DNA of 64,000 nucleotides from a virus (Duplodnaviria; Heunggongvirae; Uroviricota; Caudoviricetes): IMG/VR virus record IMGVR_UViG_2718218131_000002; one strand, 5' to 3'. Shown piece by piece: positions 8,445 to 18,286 of this stretch (position 1 is its first letter; each line of letters starts with the position of its first letter). The notes under the pieces were generated by a model. It saw only the letters and a program-made list of their open reading frames with translations, ran no database searches and was not told where the DNA came from. The position numbers and the translations under genes were made by a program.

Positions 8445-9528
8445 CTTCACTGAGTATCGGGGTGATAAGCTCAAACTAGCGAGAATGGCTGTTGGGCTTT
8501 CTTGTGAAGAGTTAGCCGAAAAAATTGGCAAGACAAAGCAATTCGTTAGCAAACTGGAGAAGGGGTGCAGGCCATCGGAGCAATGTCTTGAGTTAATATC
8601 TTCAGCGCTTATGATTAAGTCCAGTTTTCTTTTTACTGAACGAAAATACGCTCTGGAAAGTGATGTCTGCCATTTTCGGAGTAAGAAGTCCAGGACTCAA
8701 ACGCTGACTAATAGTGTATTGGCCAGGGCTGAGATTCTTAATATTATAATTTCTGCTGTTGAAGGTGAAATCGAATTTCCTGACGTTAACATACCGGAGC
8801 ACCCAGGGGCTGAATTACTTACTCCGAATGATATTGAGCGAGTGGCAGAAGATTGTCGCCGTGCCTGGAATTTAGGTCTTGGCCCTATATCATCAATGGT
8901 TAAATTGGCGGAGAGTTTAGGGGTAATCGTTGCGCATGTTACGGGAGTCGATGATCGTGTTGATGCTTTTACTGTTCACAATAACAGGCCTGTTATCATC
9001 AGGAACAATGTTAAAAAAAGCATATGTAGATTTCGCTCTGATTTAGGTCATGAATTAGGGCATTTAGTAATGCATGAGGGCATAACGACAGGTGATAAAC
9101 TTACGGAATCACAAGCCGATCACTTTTCGAGCGCCTTATTAGTTCCCAGGTTATCTTTCATTAAAGAATTTCCACGAATACGAGGTAAGCAATTCGACTG
9201 GAATGCTCTGGTTGAATTTAAACTTAGATGGAAAATCAGCCTTAAAATGTGTATTTATCGAGCCAGCGCATTAGGCTTATTGACCCAGGAACAGGCAAGA
9301 ACTGGCTATATGCATCTTAATTCCAGAGGGTATACGAGAGTTGAACCTGGTGATGAACTTTTGCGCCCTGAAGAACCCGGTATGCTGGCCGAGGCGATTG
9401 AAATGCTGGATGATGCAACCTGGCTAAGAATTCTTATGAAAACTGGCTTGAGCCAAGATTTAATTCGTGAGTTGTTCTCCATCAACAGACCTATTACAAA
9501 TCCAAGAAATATTTTCCAGATTGTTTGA
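8422..9528 (+). CDS. XRE-family HTH fused to ImmA/IrrE-family zinc metallopeptidase (368 aa)
   Basis: N-terminal HTH (LARMAVGLSCEELAEKIGKTKQFVSKLEKG) and HEXXH motif in SDLGHELGHLVMHEG. Confidence 0.8.
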   Translation: MMEHQVNNFTEYRGDKLKLARMAVGLSCEELAEKIGKTKQFVSKLEKGCRPSEQCLELISSALMIKSSFLFTERKYALESDVCHFRSKKSRTQTLTNSVLARAEILNIIISAVEGEIEFPDVNIPEHPGAELLTPNDIERVAEDCRRAWNLGLGPISSMVKLAESLGVIVAHVTGVDDRVDAFTVHNNRPVIIRNNVKKSICRFRSDLGHELGHLVMHEGITTGDKLTESQADHFSSALLVPRLSFIKEFPRIRGKQFDWNALVEFKLRWKISLKMCIYRASALGLLTQEQARTGYMHLNSRGYTRVEPGDELLRPEEPGMLAEAIEMLDDATWLRILMKTGLSQDLIRELFSINRPITNPRNIFQIV

Positions 9529-9531
9529 GTA

Positions 9532-9553
9532 TACCCGCTTCGGCGGGTTTTTT
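9532..9553 (+). terminator. Rho-independent terminator, a duplicate of the hok terminator hairpin
   Basis: ACCCGCTTCGGCGGGTTTTTT, identical over 20 nt to 7698-7717. Confidence 0.6.
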
Positions 9554-9685
9554 GTTTTTATTTTCAACGTGTTTGAAGTTTTGGACGGTGCCAGAATAGA
9601 ATCAAAAATACTTAAGTAGCGCGCAGGGAGAAGAGGGATGGACCCCGAACAGGGGGAGTGCTATTTATCTGGAAGGATTCTGTTG

Positions 9686-9946
9686 ATGAAAATCGAAGAA
9701 TTACGTGAAATTTTTAGTGAGGATGGCCTCTATACTGTGCGCGTTGAGAATGGCGCTATTGTCAGCCACTGCCGTATTAAATGTTTACAGTCTCAACAAA
9801 GGAAGAGTGGAGCTGCGTTAATTCATTTGGTGGATGGGCTTGTGACGGATGGTTTTATTTTGCGTGCAAATGAATTTGTCACATCGTTGCCGTCTCTGAA
9901 AGAAGCTGGGATTAAGGCTGGTTTTTCTGCTTTTGAAGATGAGTGA
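9686..9946 (+). CDS. Hypothetical phage protein (start probably MKIEELREIF)
   Basis: ORF in the nin-like region; no recognised motif. Confidence 0.35.
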   Translation: MKIEELREIFSEDGLYTVRVENGAIVSHCRIKCLQSQQRKSGAALIHLVDGLVTDGFILRANEFVTSLPSLKEAGIKAGFSAFEDE

Positions 9947-10012
9947 ATTCATCTACAATTCAGCGCAGGGCTGAACCCCTGTTGAGTAACACTGTGCCAC
10001 CGGAGAAAGCCG

Positions 10013-10291
10013 ATGGCGCAAAATTCCAGACAACACAATTCTGATAATTCAGCCGTCTTTGCCAGCAGGCACGGGCGGCGTTCTCATGCATTCAAATCTG
10101 ACTGGTTCCAGCATGATCCATGTACTGAAGAGCAGGCAGAGTGGCTAATTCAGAACTACCGCAGACGTGGTTACGAGTTTCAGAAAGACCTCAGCTTCGA
10201 CTTCCGACACTGGATAATCTCAGTCAGACTGCCTTACTCTGAACGCCCACCGCGTCCGTCCCGCACATTCCAGCAGCGTATCTGGAGGTAA
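10013..10291 (+). CDS. Hypothetical phage protein (92 aa)
   Basis: ORF abutting the DUF968 gene. Confidence 0.3.
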   Translation: MAQNSRQHNSDNSAVFASRHGRRSHAFKSDWFQHDPCTEEQAEWLIQNYRRRGYEFQKDLSFDFRHWIISVRLPYSERPPRPSRTFQQRIWR

Positions 10292-10292
10292 C

Positions 10293-11348
10293 GTGCGGGT
10301 ATTACTTCGACCTGTTCTGGTACCGGAACTCGGGCTGGTGGTCCTTAAGCCGGGCCGTGAATCCATGCAGGTATTTCATAATCCCCGGGTGCTGGTGGAG
10401 CCGGAACCGAAAAGCATGCGCGGTCTGCCGTCAGGAACTGTTCCTGCCGTGCGCCAGCCGCTCGCGGAAGATAAATCATTACTGCCATTTTTCAGCGATG
10501 AGCGGGTGATTCGTGCTGCTGGCGGCGCTGGCGCATTGTCTGACTGGCTGTTACGCCATGTTAAATCCTGCCAGTGGCCTCATGGTGACTACCACCACAG
10601 TGAAACCGTCATACATCGTTACGGTACCGGCGCAATGGTATTGTGCTGGCACTGTGATAATCAGTTACGCGACCAGACTTCAGAATCACTCGGGCAACTT
10701 GCTCAACAAAACCTGACATCCTGGATGATTGACGTCATCCGCCACGCAATAAACGGTACACAGGAGCGGGAGTTATCGCTGGCTGAATTATCCTGGTGGG
10801 CGGTCTGCAATCAGGTAGCGGACGTATTGCCGGAGGCAGTATTACGTCGTTCTCTGGGATTGCGTGCGGAAAAAATCCGCTCGGTGTACCGCGAAAGCGA
10901 CATCGTACCGGGAGAGCAGACCGCCACCAGCATACTGAAGCAGCGCACAAAAAATCTTGCGCTGCTGCCTCACGCCCACCAGCAAAACCCGCCACAGGAA
11001 AAGACGGTGGTCAGCATTGCCGTTGATCCGGAGTCACCGGCTCAGTATCTCCAGCGCCAGAAACCACAACGGGAAGAGATGCCTGTATACACGCGCTGGG
11101 TAAAAACGCAGAAATGCATGACGTGCGGTAATCAGGCAGATGATCCGCATCACATCATTGGTCATGGACTGGGAGGGATGGGAACAAAGGCTGATGATTT
11201 GTTTGTTATTCCGCTGTGCCGTAAATGTCATAACGAACTGCACGCCGGGGTAAAAGATTTTGAAGAAAAACACGGCAGCCAGCTGTTGTTGCTGATTCGT
11301 TTTTTAATGCACGCGAGAAATTCGGGTGTCCTGAAGTGGAAAGCATGA
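10293..11348 (+). CDS. DUF968-domain prophage protein (YdfU-like, HNH-like C-terminus)
   Basis: 351 aa; C-terminal CMTCGNQADDPHHIIGHGLGGMGTKADDLFVIPLCRKCHNELH; typical position before rusA. Confidence 0.7.
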   Translation: MRVLLRPVLVPELGLVVLKPGRESMQVFHNPRVLVEPEPKSMRGLPSGTVPAVRQPLAEDKSLLPFFSDERVIRAAGGAGALSDWLLRHVKSCQWPHGDYHHSETVIHRYGTGAMVLCWHCDNQLRDQTSESLGQLAQQNLTSWMIDVIRHAINGTQERELSLAELSWWAVCNQVADVLPEAVLRRSLGLRAEKIRSVYRESDIVPGEQTATSILKQRTKNLALLPHAHQQNPPQEKTVVSIAVDPESPAQYLQRQKPQREEMPVYTRWVKTQKCMTCGNQADDPHHIIGHGLGGMGTKADDLFVIPLCRKCHNELHAGVKDFEEKHGSQLLLLIRFLMHARNSGVLKWKA

Positions 11349-11714
11349 ATGACTGAACGCATAGAATTTGTTTTGCCTTACCCGCCGACGGTGAACACCT
11401 ACTGGCGACGTCGTGGCAGCACATATTTTGTGTCAAAAGCCGGTGAGCGTTATCGCCGGGATGTGGCACTTATTGTTCGCCAGCAGTGGCTGAAATTAAA
11501 CCTGTCCGGAAGGCTGGCGATAAAGATTATTGCAGAGCCACCGGATAAGCGCCGCCGCGACCTGGACAATATCCTGAAGGCACCACTGGATGCGCTTACG
11601 CATGCCGGACTACTTATAGACGACGAGCAGTTTGATGAAATCAATATTGTGCGCGGTCAGCTCGTTTCTGGTGGGCGGCTGGGCGTGAAGATTTACAAAA
11701 TTGAAAGTGAGTGA
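11349..11714 (+). CDS. rusA: RusA Holliday-junction resolvase
   Basis: 121 aa; MTERIEFVLPYPPTVNTYWRRRG...DKRRRDLDNILKAPLDALTHAGLLIDDEQ matches the RusA family. Confidence 0.85.
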   Translation: MTERIEFVLPYPPTVNTYWRRRGSTYFVSKAGERYRRDVALIVRQQWLKLNLSGRLAIKIIAEPPDKRRRDLDNILKAPLDALTHAGLLIDDEQFDEINIVRGQLVSGGRLGVKIYKIESE

Positions 11715-12277
11715 GCATAAATATGATATACCCGGAAATTACAGGCAAAAGCGGTGAGCATTTACGCCTGAAAACGCTGGAAAGTGTCTGGATCCAGGGG
11801 AAACTGCGTATGTGGGGGCGTTGGTCGTATATTGGCGACGGTAAGACGGGAAATATGTTCAACCAATTACTGACCTCTAAAAAGCTGACAAAAACGGCAA
11901 TTAACGAGGCGCTCCGGAGGATGAAAAAAGCGGGTCTGGACAAACCTGAACTTGAGGCTTTTTTGCGGGATATGATCAACGGCAATCAAAAAAGCTGGCT
12001 GGCACATTGTACCGATTCAGAGGCGTTAATAATCGACAGGGTTATTGGTGAAGTACTGGCAGGTTATCCCGGGCTGCTCAATGTTCTGAGTCAGCGTTAT
12101 GTGGGGCGGGGGATGACTAAGCGCAAAATGGCTGAACTGCTGAATGATGCACATCCGGAATGGAGTTTAAGAACCTGTGAAAGACGCATTGAGCATTGGC
12201 TAAAGGTGGCAGAATTTATTTTGTACAAACCAATGGTTATGGCTTTTGGTATAGAGAAAAAAGTTATTGCTTTTTGA
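11711..12277 (+). CDS. Late-gene antiterminator Q-like protein
   Basis: Lies between rusA and a strong terminator preceding the late genes; assignment is mainly positional. Confidence 0.5.
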   Translation: MSINMIYPEITGKSGEHLRLKTLESVWIQGKLRMWGRWSYIGDGKTGNMFNQLLTSKKLTKTAINEALRRMKKAGLDKPELEAFLRDMINGNQKSWLAHCTDSEALIIDRVIGEVLAGYPGLLNVLSQRYVGRGMTKRKMAELLNDAHPEWSLRTCERRIEHWLKVAEFILYKPMVMAFGIEKKVIAF

Positions 12278-12352
12278 CGTAAAAACTGCTTCAATTCCGG
12301 TAAGCTTCGCAAAGCTGTACCGCGAGGCGAATAGCAGACATGGACATTTGAA

Positions 12353-12378
12353 AGAGCCCGCTTTTTGCGGGTTTTTTT
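12353..12378 (+). terminator. tR'-like terminator of the late leader (Q target region)
   Basis: Hairpin AGCCCGC-TTTTT-GCGGGT followed by TTTTTTT. Confidence 0.6.
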
Positions 12379-12699
12379 ATGACTGAAAAACGGCACGGGG
12401 CGTTAAACGCGCTGGTGGTTGCTAATACCGGTCTTTCAACTTGCTGGCTTTTTCGACAAGAGTTATTGGTATGTCACGTTAACCGGAAAATGGAAAAAGG
12501 CATGCTAAAACAGCAGGATATGACCGAAACCGCCAGAGTGGTGTTTAATGAATTAAGCGTCACCGAACCGGCGACCGCCGGGGAAATTGCGCAGAACACT
12601 TATCTTTCACGCGAACGCTGCCAGTTAATACTGACCCAGCTTGTTATGGCGGGTCTGGCAGATTATCAGTTCGGTTGTTACAGACGCCTTCCTCAGTGA
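12379..12699 (+). CDS. Hypothetical small protein, possible winged-helix; alternative start at 12490
   Basis: ORF directly after the terminator; C-terminal TAGEIAQNTYLSRERCQLILTQLVMAGL is HTH-like. Confidence 0.3.
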   Translation: MTEKRHGALNALVVANTGLSTCWLFRQELLVCHVNRKMEKGMLKQQDMTETARVVFNELSVTEPATAGEIAQNTYLSRERCQLILTQLVMAGLADYQFGCYRRLPQ

Positions 12700-12849
12700 A
12701 GGCTTTTTTATTTGTGGTAATGGGCGGCTGGTGGGTGTTAGCGGCACCTGCCAGCCATCTGCTCATGCGTTGGGGTCACAAGCAAACCTCAGGCCCATCT
12801 GCTTTGCGCAAAAGCGGTATGAGCCTATCAGAGAAGTGCTTATTGATCT

Positions 12850-13908
12850 ATGGCTAATACTGTAAAAATATCCAGTTGTGAGTTAATCAACGCTGATTGC
12901 CTGGAATTTATCCAGACCTTACCGGAAAACTCTGTCGATCTGATAGTCACAGACCCGCCATACTTTAAAGTGAAGCCCGAGGGCTGGGATAACCAGTGGA
13001 AGGGCGACGATGATTACCTGAAGTGGCTGGACCAGTGTCTGGCGCAGTTCTGGCGGGTGCTGAAACCTGCCGGAAGTCTTTACCTGTTCTGTGGCCATCG
13101 CCTGGCATCTGACATTGAAATCATGATGCGTGAACGCTTCAATGTGCTGAACCATATTATCTGGGCGAAGCCGTCCGGACGCTGGAACGGGTGCAACAAG
13201 GAAAGCCTGCGGGCGTATTTTCCGGCCACAGAACGCATTCTGTTCGCGGAACATTATCAGGGGCCGTATCGTCCGAAAGATGATGGCGATGAGGCGAAGG
13301 GCAGGGCACTGAAACAGCATGTGATGGCCCCGCTGATTTCTTACTTTCGTGATGCGCGTGCTGCTCTTGGGATAACGGCAAAACAGATTGCAGATGCCAC
13401 AGGAAAGAAAAACATGGTGTCGCACTGGTTCAGTGCCAGTCAGTGGCAGCTACCGAACGAAAGCGATTATCTGAAATTACAGTCGCTGTTTGCCCGGGTG
13501 GCAGAAGAGAAACATCAGCGGGGAGAACTGGAAAAGTCCCATTACCAACTGGTCAGCACATACAGTGAGCTGAACCGGCAGTATATGGAACTGCTGAGTG
13601 AATATAAGCATCTGCGGCGGTATTTTGGCGTGACGGTGCAGGTGCCGTATACCGATGTGTGGACGCATAAACCGGTGCAGTTCTATCCCGGGAAACATCC
13701 GTGCGAAAAACCGGCAGAAATGCTGCAGCAGATAATCAGCGCTAGCAGTCGTCCGGGTGACCTGATTGCAGATTTTTTCATGGGGTCGGGTTCGACAGTG
13801 AAAGCGGCACTGGCGCTCGGGCGTCGTGCAATTGGCGTTGAGCTGGAGACTGAACGTTTTGAGCAGACGGTTCGGGAAGTACAGGATTTAGTCAGCCAGA
13901 ACGGATGA
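12850..13908 (+). CDS. DNA methyltransferase (DPPY-motif, N6-adenine/N4-cytosine class)
   Basis: DLIVTDPPYF motif near the N-terminus; 352 aa; positioned as in Stx phages between Q and the tRNA genes. Confidence 0.85.
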   Translation: MANTVKISSCELINADCLEFIQTLPENSVDLIVTDPPYFKVKPEGWDNQWKGDDDYLKWLDQCLAQFWRVLKPAGSLYLFCGHRLASDIEIMMRERFNVLNHIIWAKPSGRWNGCNKESLRAYFPATERILFAEHYQGPYRPKDDGDEAKGRALKQHVMAPLISYFRDARAALGITAKQIADATGKKNMVSHWFSASQWQLPNESDYLKLQSLFARVAEEKHQRGELEKSHYQLVSTYSELNRQYMELLSEYKHLRRYFGVTVQVPYTDVWTHKPVQFYPGKHPCEKPAEMLQQIISASSRPGDLIADFFMGSGSTVKAALALGRRAIGVELETERFEQTVREVQDLVSQNG

Positions 13909-13948
13909 TATTGCAGAATTAATTACGCACCATTATTATTCTGCTCCC

Positions 13949-14024
13949 GGCCCTTTAGCTCAGTGGTGAGAGCGAGCGACTCATAATCGCCAGGTCGCTG
14001 GTTCAAATCCAGCAAGGGCCACCA
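13949..14024 (+). tRNA. ileZ: tRNA with CAT anticodon (Ile2/Met type; ileZ-like)
   Basis: Cloverleaf GGCCCTT...AAGGGCC-ACCA, anticodon loop CTCATAA, T-arm GGTTCAAATCC. Confidence 0.8.
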
Positions 14025-14031
14025 TCACATA

Positions 14032-14108
14032 CCGCCATTAGCTCATCAGGAAAGAGCGCCAGCCTTCGAAGCTGGTTGCGCGGAGTTCGGGTCCCCGAAG
14101 GCGGTCCA
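14032..14108 (+). tRNA. argN: tRNA-Arg (anticodon TCG), imperfect stems
   Basis: D-arm GCTC/GAGC, anticodon stem CCAGC/GCTGG with loop CTTCGAA, 3-prime CCA; one acceptor and one T-stem mismatch. Confidence 0.5.
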
Positions 14109-14121
14109 TTATCTGTATCCT

Positions 14122-14198
14122 GCGTTGTTAGCTCAGCCGGACAGAGCAATTGCCTTCTAAGCAATCGGTCACTGGTTCGAATCCAGTACAACGCGCCA
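14122..14198 (+). tRNA. argO: tRNA-Arg (anticodon TCT)
   Basis: Acceptor GCGTTGT/ACAACGC, anticodon loop CTTCTAA, T-arm GGTTCGAATCC, CCA end. Confidence 0.8.
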
Positions 14199-14211
14199 CA
14201 CTTATTTTCCC

Positions 14212-14238
14212 TGGCTCGCTTTTGCGGGCTTTTTTTTA
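14212..14238 (+). terminator. Putative terminator after the tRNA cluster
   Basis: GC-rich imperfect hairpin followed by a T8 run. Confidence 0.4.
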
Positions 14239-14686
14239 AATGTCTCACAATTCAGGCGGTTGACTGTTGTCTGGTTTGCGGGGAGTTTGTTAAAAGAAAC
14301 TGGCATGGTGAATCCCCCTGTGCGGAGGGGCAATCAGCGAGTAGGTATATGGGATAATCGCGGATTCAGGTGCTGGTACTGAATTCACCGGGAGGCACCC
14401 GGCACCATGCAATGGCACATAGCGCCACTCTCCAGCCCCTCTCCGGAGGGGCTTTCTTATGGACAAAAAAAGCCCGCGCTGGGAGACGCGGGCGGCAAGG
14501 AATAAACAACAAAACGTGAAGTAATATTTCAGCTGGCGAATAATATCCGACAGTAATCACTCTGCGCAATAGCGCGGCCTTTTTCGTATTGCGGGCCGTT
14601 GTCTCTCTTCTGCCATTGTCCTGTAACTTCCGGACTTCAGCCCGCTCCTCATTTTACTCACAATATTATCCCGGCCGGGAGGATTC

Positions 14687-16540
14687 ATGGCATTTAAACA
14701 CTATGATGTTGTCAGGGCGGCGTCGCCGTCAGATCTTGCGGAAAAGCTGACACATAAACTGAAAGAGGGCTGGCAGCCGTTTGGTAGTCCGGTGGCCATA
14801 ACCCCTTATACTCTGATGCAGGCGATTACAGCAGAAGGTGATGTGGTGGTCAGTGGTGCAACTGAGCCGGATTGGTACTACGTCATCGTACTGGCCGGGC
14901 AGTCCAATGCCATGGCTTACGGTGAAGGGCTTCCGCTGCCGGATTCATACGATGCTCCGGATCCGCGCATTAAACAGCTGGCGCGCCGCAGTACAGTGAC
15001 GCCGGGTGGGGCTGCCTGCAGATATAACGATATTATTCCGGCCGACCACTGCCTGCATGATGTGCAGGATATGAGTACGCTGAATCATCCGAAGGCAGAC
15101 CTGAGCAAAGGGCAGTACGGCTGTGTCGGCCAGGGCTTACATATTGCCAAAAAACTGCTTCCGTATATCCCGAATAACGCGGGGATCCTGCTGGTACCAT
15201 GCTGTCGTGGTGGTTCGGCATTCACCCAGGGCGCGGAGGGGACATTCAGTGCGGACACGGGGGCCAGCCAGGATTCGGCACGCTGGGGTGTGGGTAAACC
15301 GTTATATCAGGACCTGATTGCGCGCACTAAAGCTGCATTACAGAAGAACCCGAAAAATGTGTTGCTGGCGGTGTGCTGGATGCAGGGAGAGTTTGACATG
15401 AGCGCCGCCACCTACGCACAGCAACCTGCGCTGTTTACAGCCATGCTGAAGCAGTTTCGTGCTGACCTCACTGTGTTTAACGCGCAGTGTCATGGTGGCA
15501 GTGCTGCAGATGTGCCGTGGATTTGTGGTGACACGACGTATTACTGGAAAAATACATACGCTACCCAGTACGACACCGTGTACGGAGGGTATAAAAACAG
15601 GGAGAGTGAGGGCGTTTATTTTGTGCCCTTCATGACAGACGGTAACGGCGTCAATACCGCCACTAACGCGCCGGCAGAAGATCCGGATATTCCGGCATCA
15701 GGATATTACGGTGCGGCATCGAGAACGAATGGAAACCAGGTATCATCAAACCGCCCGACACATTTCAGTTCATGGGCGCGCAGGAGCATTATTCCGGATC
15801 GTCTGGCAACCGCTATTCTGAACGCAGCCGGGCGCACCTCAGCCTTCATCAGTGGTAAGGCACCGGAAATCAAACCCTCGCCCGGCGGCAACACGCCATC
15901 GGGTCCGTCTGCAGATACGTCCGTTCGCACAATCTCCCTGCTGCCGGCAGCCGGAGAGGCTGCTGCGCAGGGCTGGAGCATTAAGGATGGCGGAATTCAG
16001 TTGTCAGATGGTGTATTTAAGATCACCAAGCAGAGCAATAAAACCTGGTCCCTGACGCATCCGGTGGATGACGCAATTACCCTGCTGACACAGGGCGGCA
16101 GACTGACCTGTAAGTTCCGCCTGTCAGGCGCACTGACCAACAATCAGTTCGGGCTGGGGATTTATCTGTATACGGATGCTCCCGTTCCTGATGGTGTGGC
16201 GATGACGGGTACCGGTAATCCGTTCCTGATGTCGTACTTCACTCAGACCACTGACGGCAGAGTGAATCTGATGCATCACAGGAAAGCCGGAAACACGAAG
16301 CTGGGGGAGTTCGGCGATTACGGTAACGACTGGCAGACGCTGGAGCTGGTGTTCACCGCCGGCAGTGCCACGGTTACTCCGAAACTGAATGGAGTGGCTG
16401 GCCCGGCATTCCAGGTTATAAAAGACAGTCTGACACTGGGACTGAATGCGCTGACGCTGACGGATGTTACAAAAAATGCAGCGTATGGCGTTGAGATAGA
16501 AAGTCTGGTGCTGGAGATAAATGCACCGGCATCATCATAA
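14687..16540 (+). CDS. nanS: Prophage sialate O-acetylesterase (NanS-p family; DUF1737 N-terminus + SASA domain)
   Basis: 617 aa; [11 protein letters not shown] esterase motif; this protein sits downstream of stx in Stx phages. Confidence 0.8.
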   Translation: MAFKHYDVVRAASPSDLAEKLTHKLKEGWQPFGSPVAITPYTLMQAITAEGDVVVSGATEPDWYYVIVLAGQSNAMAYGEGLPLPDSYDAPDPRIKQLARRSTVTPGGAACRYNDIIPADHCLHDVQDMSTLNHPKADLSKGQYGCVGQGLHIAKKLLPYIPNNAGILLVPCCRGGSAFTQGAEGTFSADTGASQDSARWGVGKPLYQDLIARTKAALQKNPKNVLLAVCWMQGEFDMSAATYAQQPALFTAMLKQFRADLTVFNAQCHGGSAADVPWICGDTTYYWKNTYATQYDTVYGGYKNRESEGVYFVPFMTDGNGVNTATNAPAEDPDIPASGYYGAASRTNGNQVSSNRPTHFSSWARRSIIPDRLATAILNAAGRTSAFISGKAPEIKPSPGGNTPSGPSADTSVRTISLLPAAGEAAAQGWSIKDGGIQLSDGVFKITKQSNKTWSLTHPVDDAITLLTQGGRLTCKFRLSGALTNNQFGLGIYLYTDAPVPDGVAMTGTGNPFLMSYFTQTTDGRVNLMHHRKAGNTKLGEFGDYGNDWQTLELVFTAGSATVTPKLNGVAGPAFQVIKDSLTLGLNALTLTDVTKNAAYGVEIESLVLEINAPASS

Positions 16541-16689
16541 AAAGTGAGCCAGTCAAATGGAAGGTATCGTTAAACTCACCGGTAGTGTCAGTGGGTCGTC
16601 TGAGACGCCTGCATGAGTTATCAGAGCCATCAGTAGTTAACTGGTGGCTTTTTTATTGTTGTCAGCTTCCGGATAACGGGAGACGGGGT

Positions 16690-16905
16690 ATGTACCAGAT
16701 GGAAAAAATCACAACAGGTGTGTCATACACCACGTCAGCGGTAGGGACGGGATACTGGTTACTGCAACTGCTGGACAAAGTCTCTCCGTCCCAGTGGGTG
16801 GCAATAGGTGTACTGGGGAGTCTGCTGTTTGGCCTGCTGACGTATCTGACTAACCTGTATTTCAAAATCAGAGAGGACCGTCGTAAGGCGGCACGGGGAG
16901 AGTAA
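16690..16905 (+). CDS. Phage-21-type class II holin (pinholin S21-like, 71 aa)
   Basis: [71 protein letters not shown] with two transmembrane segments. Confidence 0.75.
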   Translation: MYQMEKITTGVSYTTSAVGTGYWLLQLLDKVSPSQWVAIGVLGSLLFGLLTYLTNLYFKIREDRRKAARGE

Positions 16906-16909
16906 TTCA

Positions 16910-17254
16910 ATGACTCAAAACTATGAACTGATTGTGAAAGGGATCCGCAATTTTGAGAATAAAGTTACGGTAACTTTAGCGTTACGGGACAAAAAACGCT
17001 TTGACGGTGAAATTTTTGACCTGGACATCTCGCTGGACCGTGTTGAAGGTGCCGCGCTGGAGTTTTATGAGGCAGCAGCCAGAAGGAGCATCAGACAGGT
17101 CTTCCTGGATGTTGCTGCCGGGTTATGTGAAGGGGATGAGCAGTCACCGGAAAAGCGCCCCATAATTTTAGAGGCGCAGGGTGTGTGGATAACCTACAAA
17201 GGAAAACTGCCGGGAAGAATTACTGGTTCACTGAAGACTCCGCCGAAATGGTAA
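16910..17254 (+). CDS. Hypothetical protein inserted between holin and endolysin
   Basis: 114-aa ORF 4 nt after the holin stop; no recognised motif. Confidence 0.4.
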   Translation: MTQNYELIVKGIRNFENKVTVTLALRDKKRFDGEIFDLDISLDRVEGAALEFYEAAARRSIRQVFLDVAAGLCEGDEQSPEKRPIILEAQGVWITYKGKLPGRITGSLKTPPKW

Positions 17255-17492
17255 TTTCACCAGCATATTTTTCTTCCAGTAATGCCGCCAGCCACTTGAA
17301 AGAATTTTGTTGTTCCTGGGACCATTTGGGGTTGCGTGACTCAAGCAGAAGCGATGCCAGTGTTGGTTGCATTTGTTCTCTGGGAATTGAGAAGGCCAGA
17401 TATGAAAATGCAACAGTGAGAGCATTTACATCATCCCGAAGCCTGGAAATGCAGTCGAGCAACTCCTGTAGAGAAATGGTGTTATTGTCCAT
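17220..17492 (-). CDS. Hypothetical protein (90 aa), convergent with the preceding ORF
   Basis: Minus-strand ORF inside the lysis cassette; no recognised motif. Confidence 0.3.
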   Translation of the reverse strand: MDNNTISLQELLDCISRLRDDVNALTVAFSYLAFSIPREQMQPTLASLLLESRNPKWSQEQQNSFKWLAALLEEKYAGEITISAESSVNQ

Positions 17493-17597
17493 AAATAATC
17501 CTCATGATTGTATTGACCTGTTAGCAGCCTGAGGCAACAGGCTGGAACTGATAAACATATCCAGGGGTCCGGAACCGATAAATCCTGATAAATATCC

Positions 17598-18131
17598 ATG
17601 AACGCAAAAATCAGATACGGCCTGTCGGCTGCCGTTCTGGCGCTGATTGGTGCAGGGACGTCTGCGCCTGAAATCCTCGACCAGTTTCTTGACGAAAAAG
17701 AAGGTAACCACACCACGGCATACCGTGATGGTGCGGGGATCTGGACCATCTGCCGCGGTGCCACCCGAGTGGATGGTAAGCCTGTCGTCCCGGGTATGAA
17801 GTTATCGAAGGAAAAGTGCGACCAGGTTAACGCCATTGAACGTGATAAGGCGCTGGAGTGGGTGGAGCGCAATATTAAAGTACCGCTGACCGAACCCCAG
17901 AAGGCGGGTATCGCGTCATTTTGTCCTTATAACATTGGCCCCGGTAAGTGTTTCCCGTCTACGTTTTACAGACGGATTAATGCAGGTGATCGAAAAGGTG
18001 CCTGCGAAGCGATTCGCTGGTGGATTAAGGACGGTGGCAGAGACTGCCGTATCCGCTCAAATAATTGCTACGGTCAGGTATCCCGGCGAGACCAGGAAAG
18101 TGCACTGGCGTGCTGGGGAATTGACAGATAA
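17598..18131 (+). CDS. SAR endolysin (R21-like lysozyme, GH24)
   Basis: N-terminal signal-anchor-release helix (LSAAVLALIGAGTSA) and lysozyme core; pairs with the pinholin. Confidence 0.85.
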   Translation: MNAKIRYGLSAAVLALIGAGTSAPEILDQFLDEKEGNHTTAYRDGAGIWTICRGATRVDGKPVVPGMKLSKEKCDQVNAIERDKALEWVERNIKVPLTEPQKAGIASFCPYNIGPGKCFPSTFYRRINAGDRKGACEAIRWWIKDGGRDCRIRSNNCYGQVSRRDQESALACWGIDR

Positions 18132-18222
18132 GCAGAATATTTTGCTGAAAAATGACGTTGGCCAACGCGGGCGGATAACACGAAATCCTGCGAACTGGCA
18201 AAAACTAAGTGAATAAAAGTAA

Positions 18223-18258
18223 AACCCCGTTTGTTGGCCGCAAACGGGGTTTTGTGTT
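18223..18258 (+). terminator. Strong rho-independent terminator between endolysin and Rz
   Basis: AACCCCGTTTG-loop-CAAACGGGGTT then TTTGTGTTTCT. Confidence 0.5.
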
Positions 18259-18286
18259 TCTGACCTTGAGTAAGGCAAGGGAGAAC

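Noticed and set aside
10735-10995. 86-aa minus-strand ORF and other short overlapping ORFs inside the DUF968 gene
   Set aside because: Embedded antisense within a well-supported coding region; no ribosome-binding site.
14199-14686. Possible Shiga toxin genes downstream of the tRNA cluster
   Set aside because: The spacer is only about 490 bp and has no ORF resembling stxA or stxB; the only ORF (14366-14569, minus strand) is short and unsupported.
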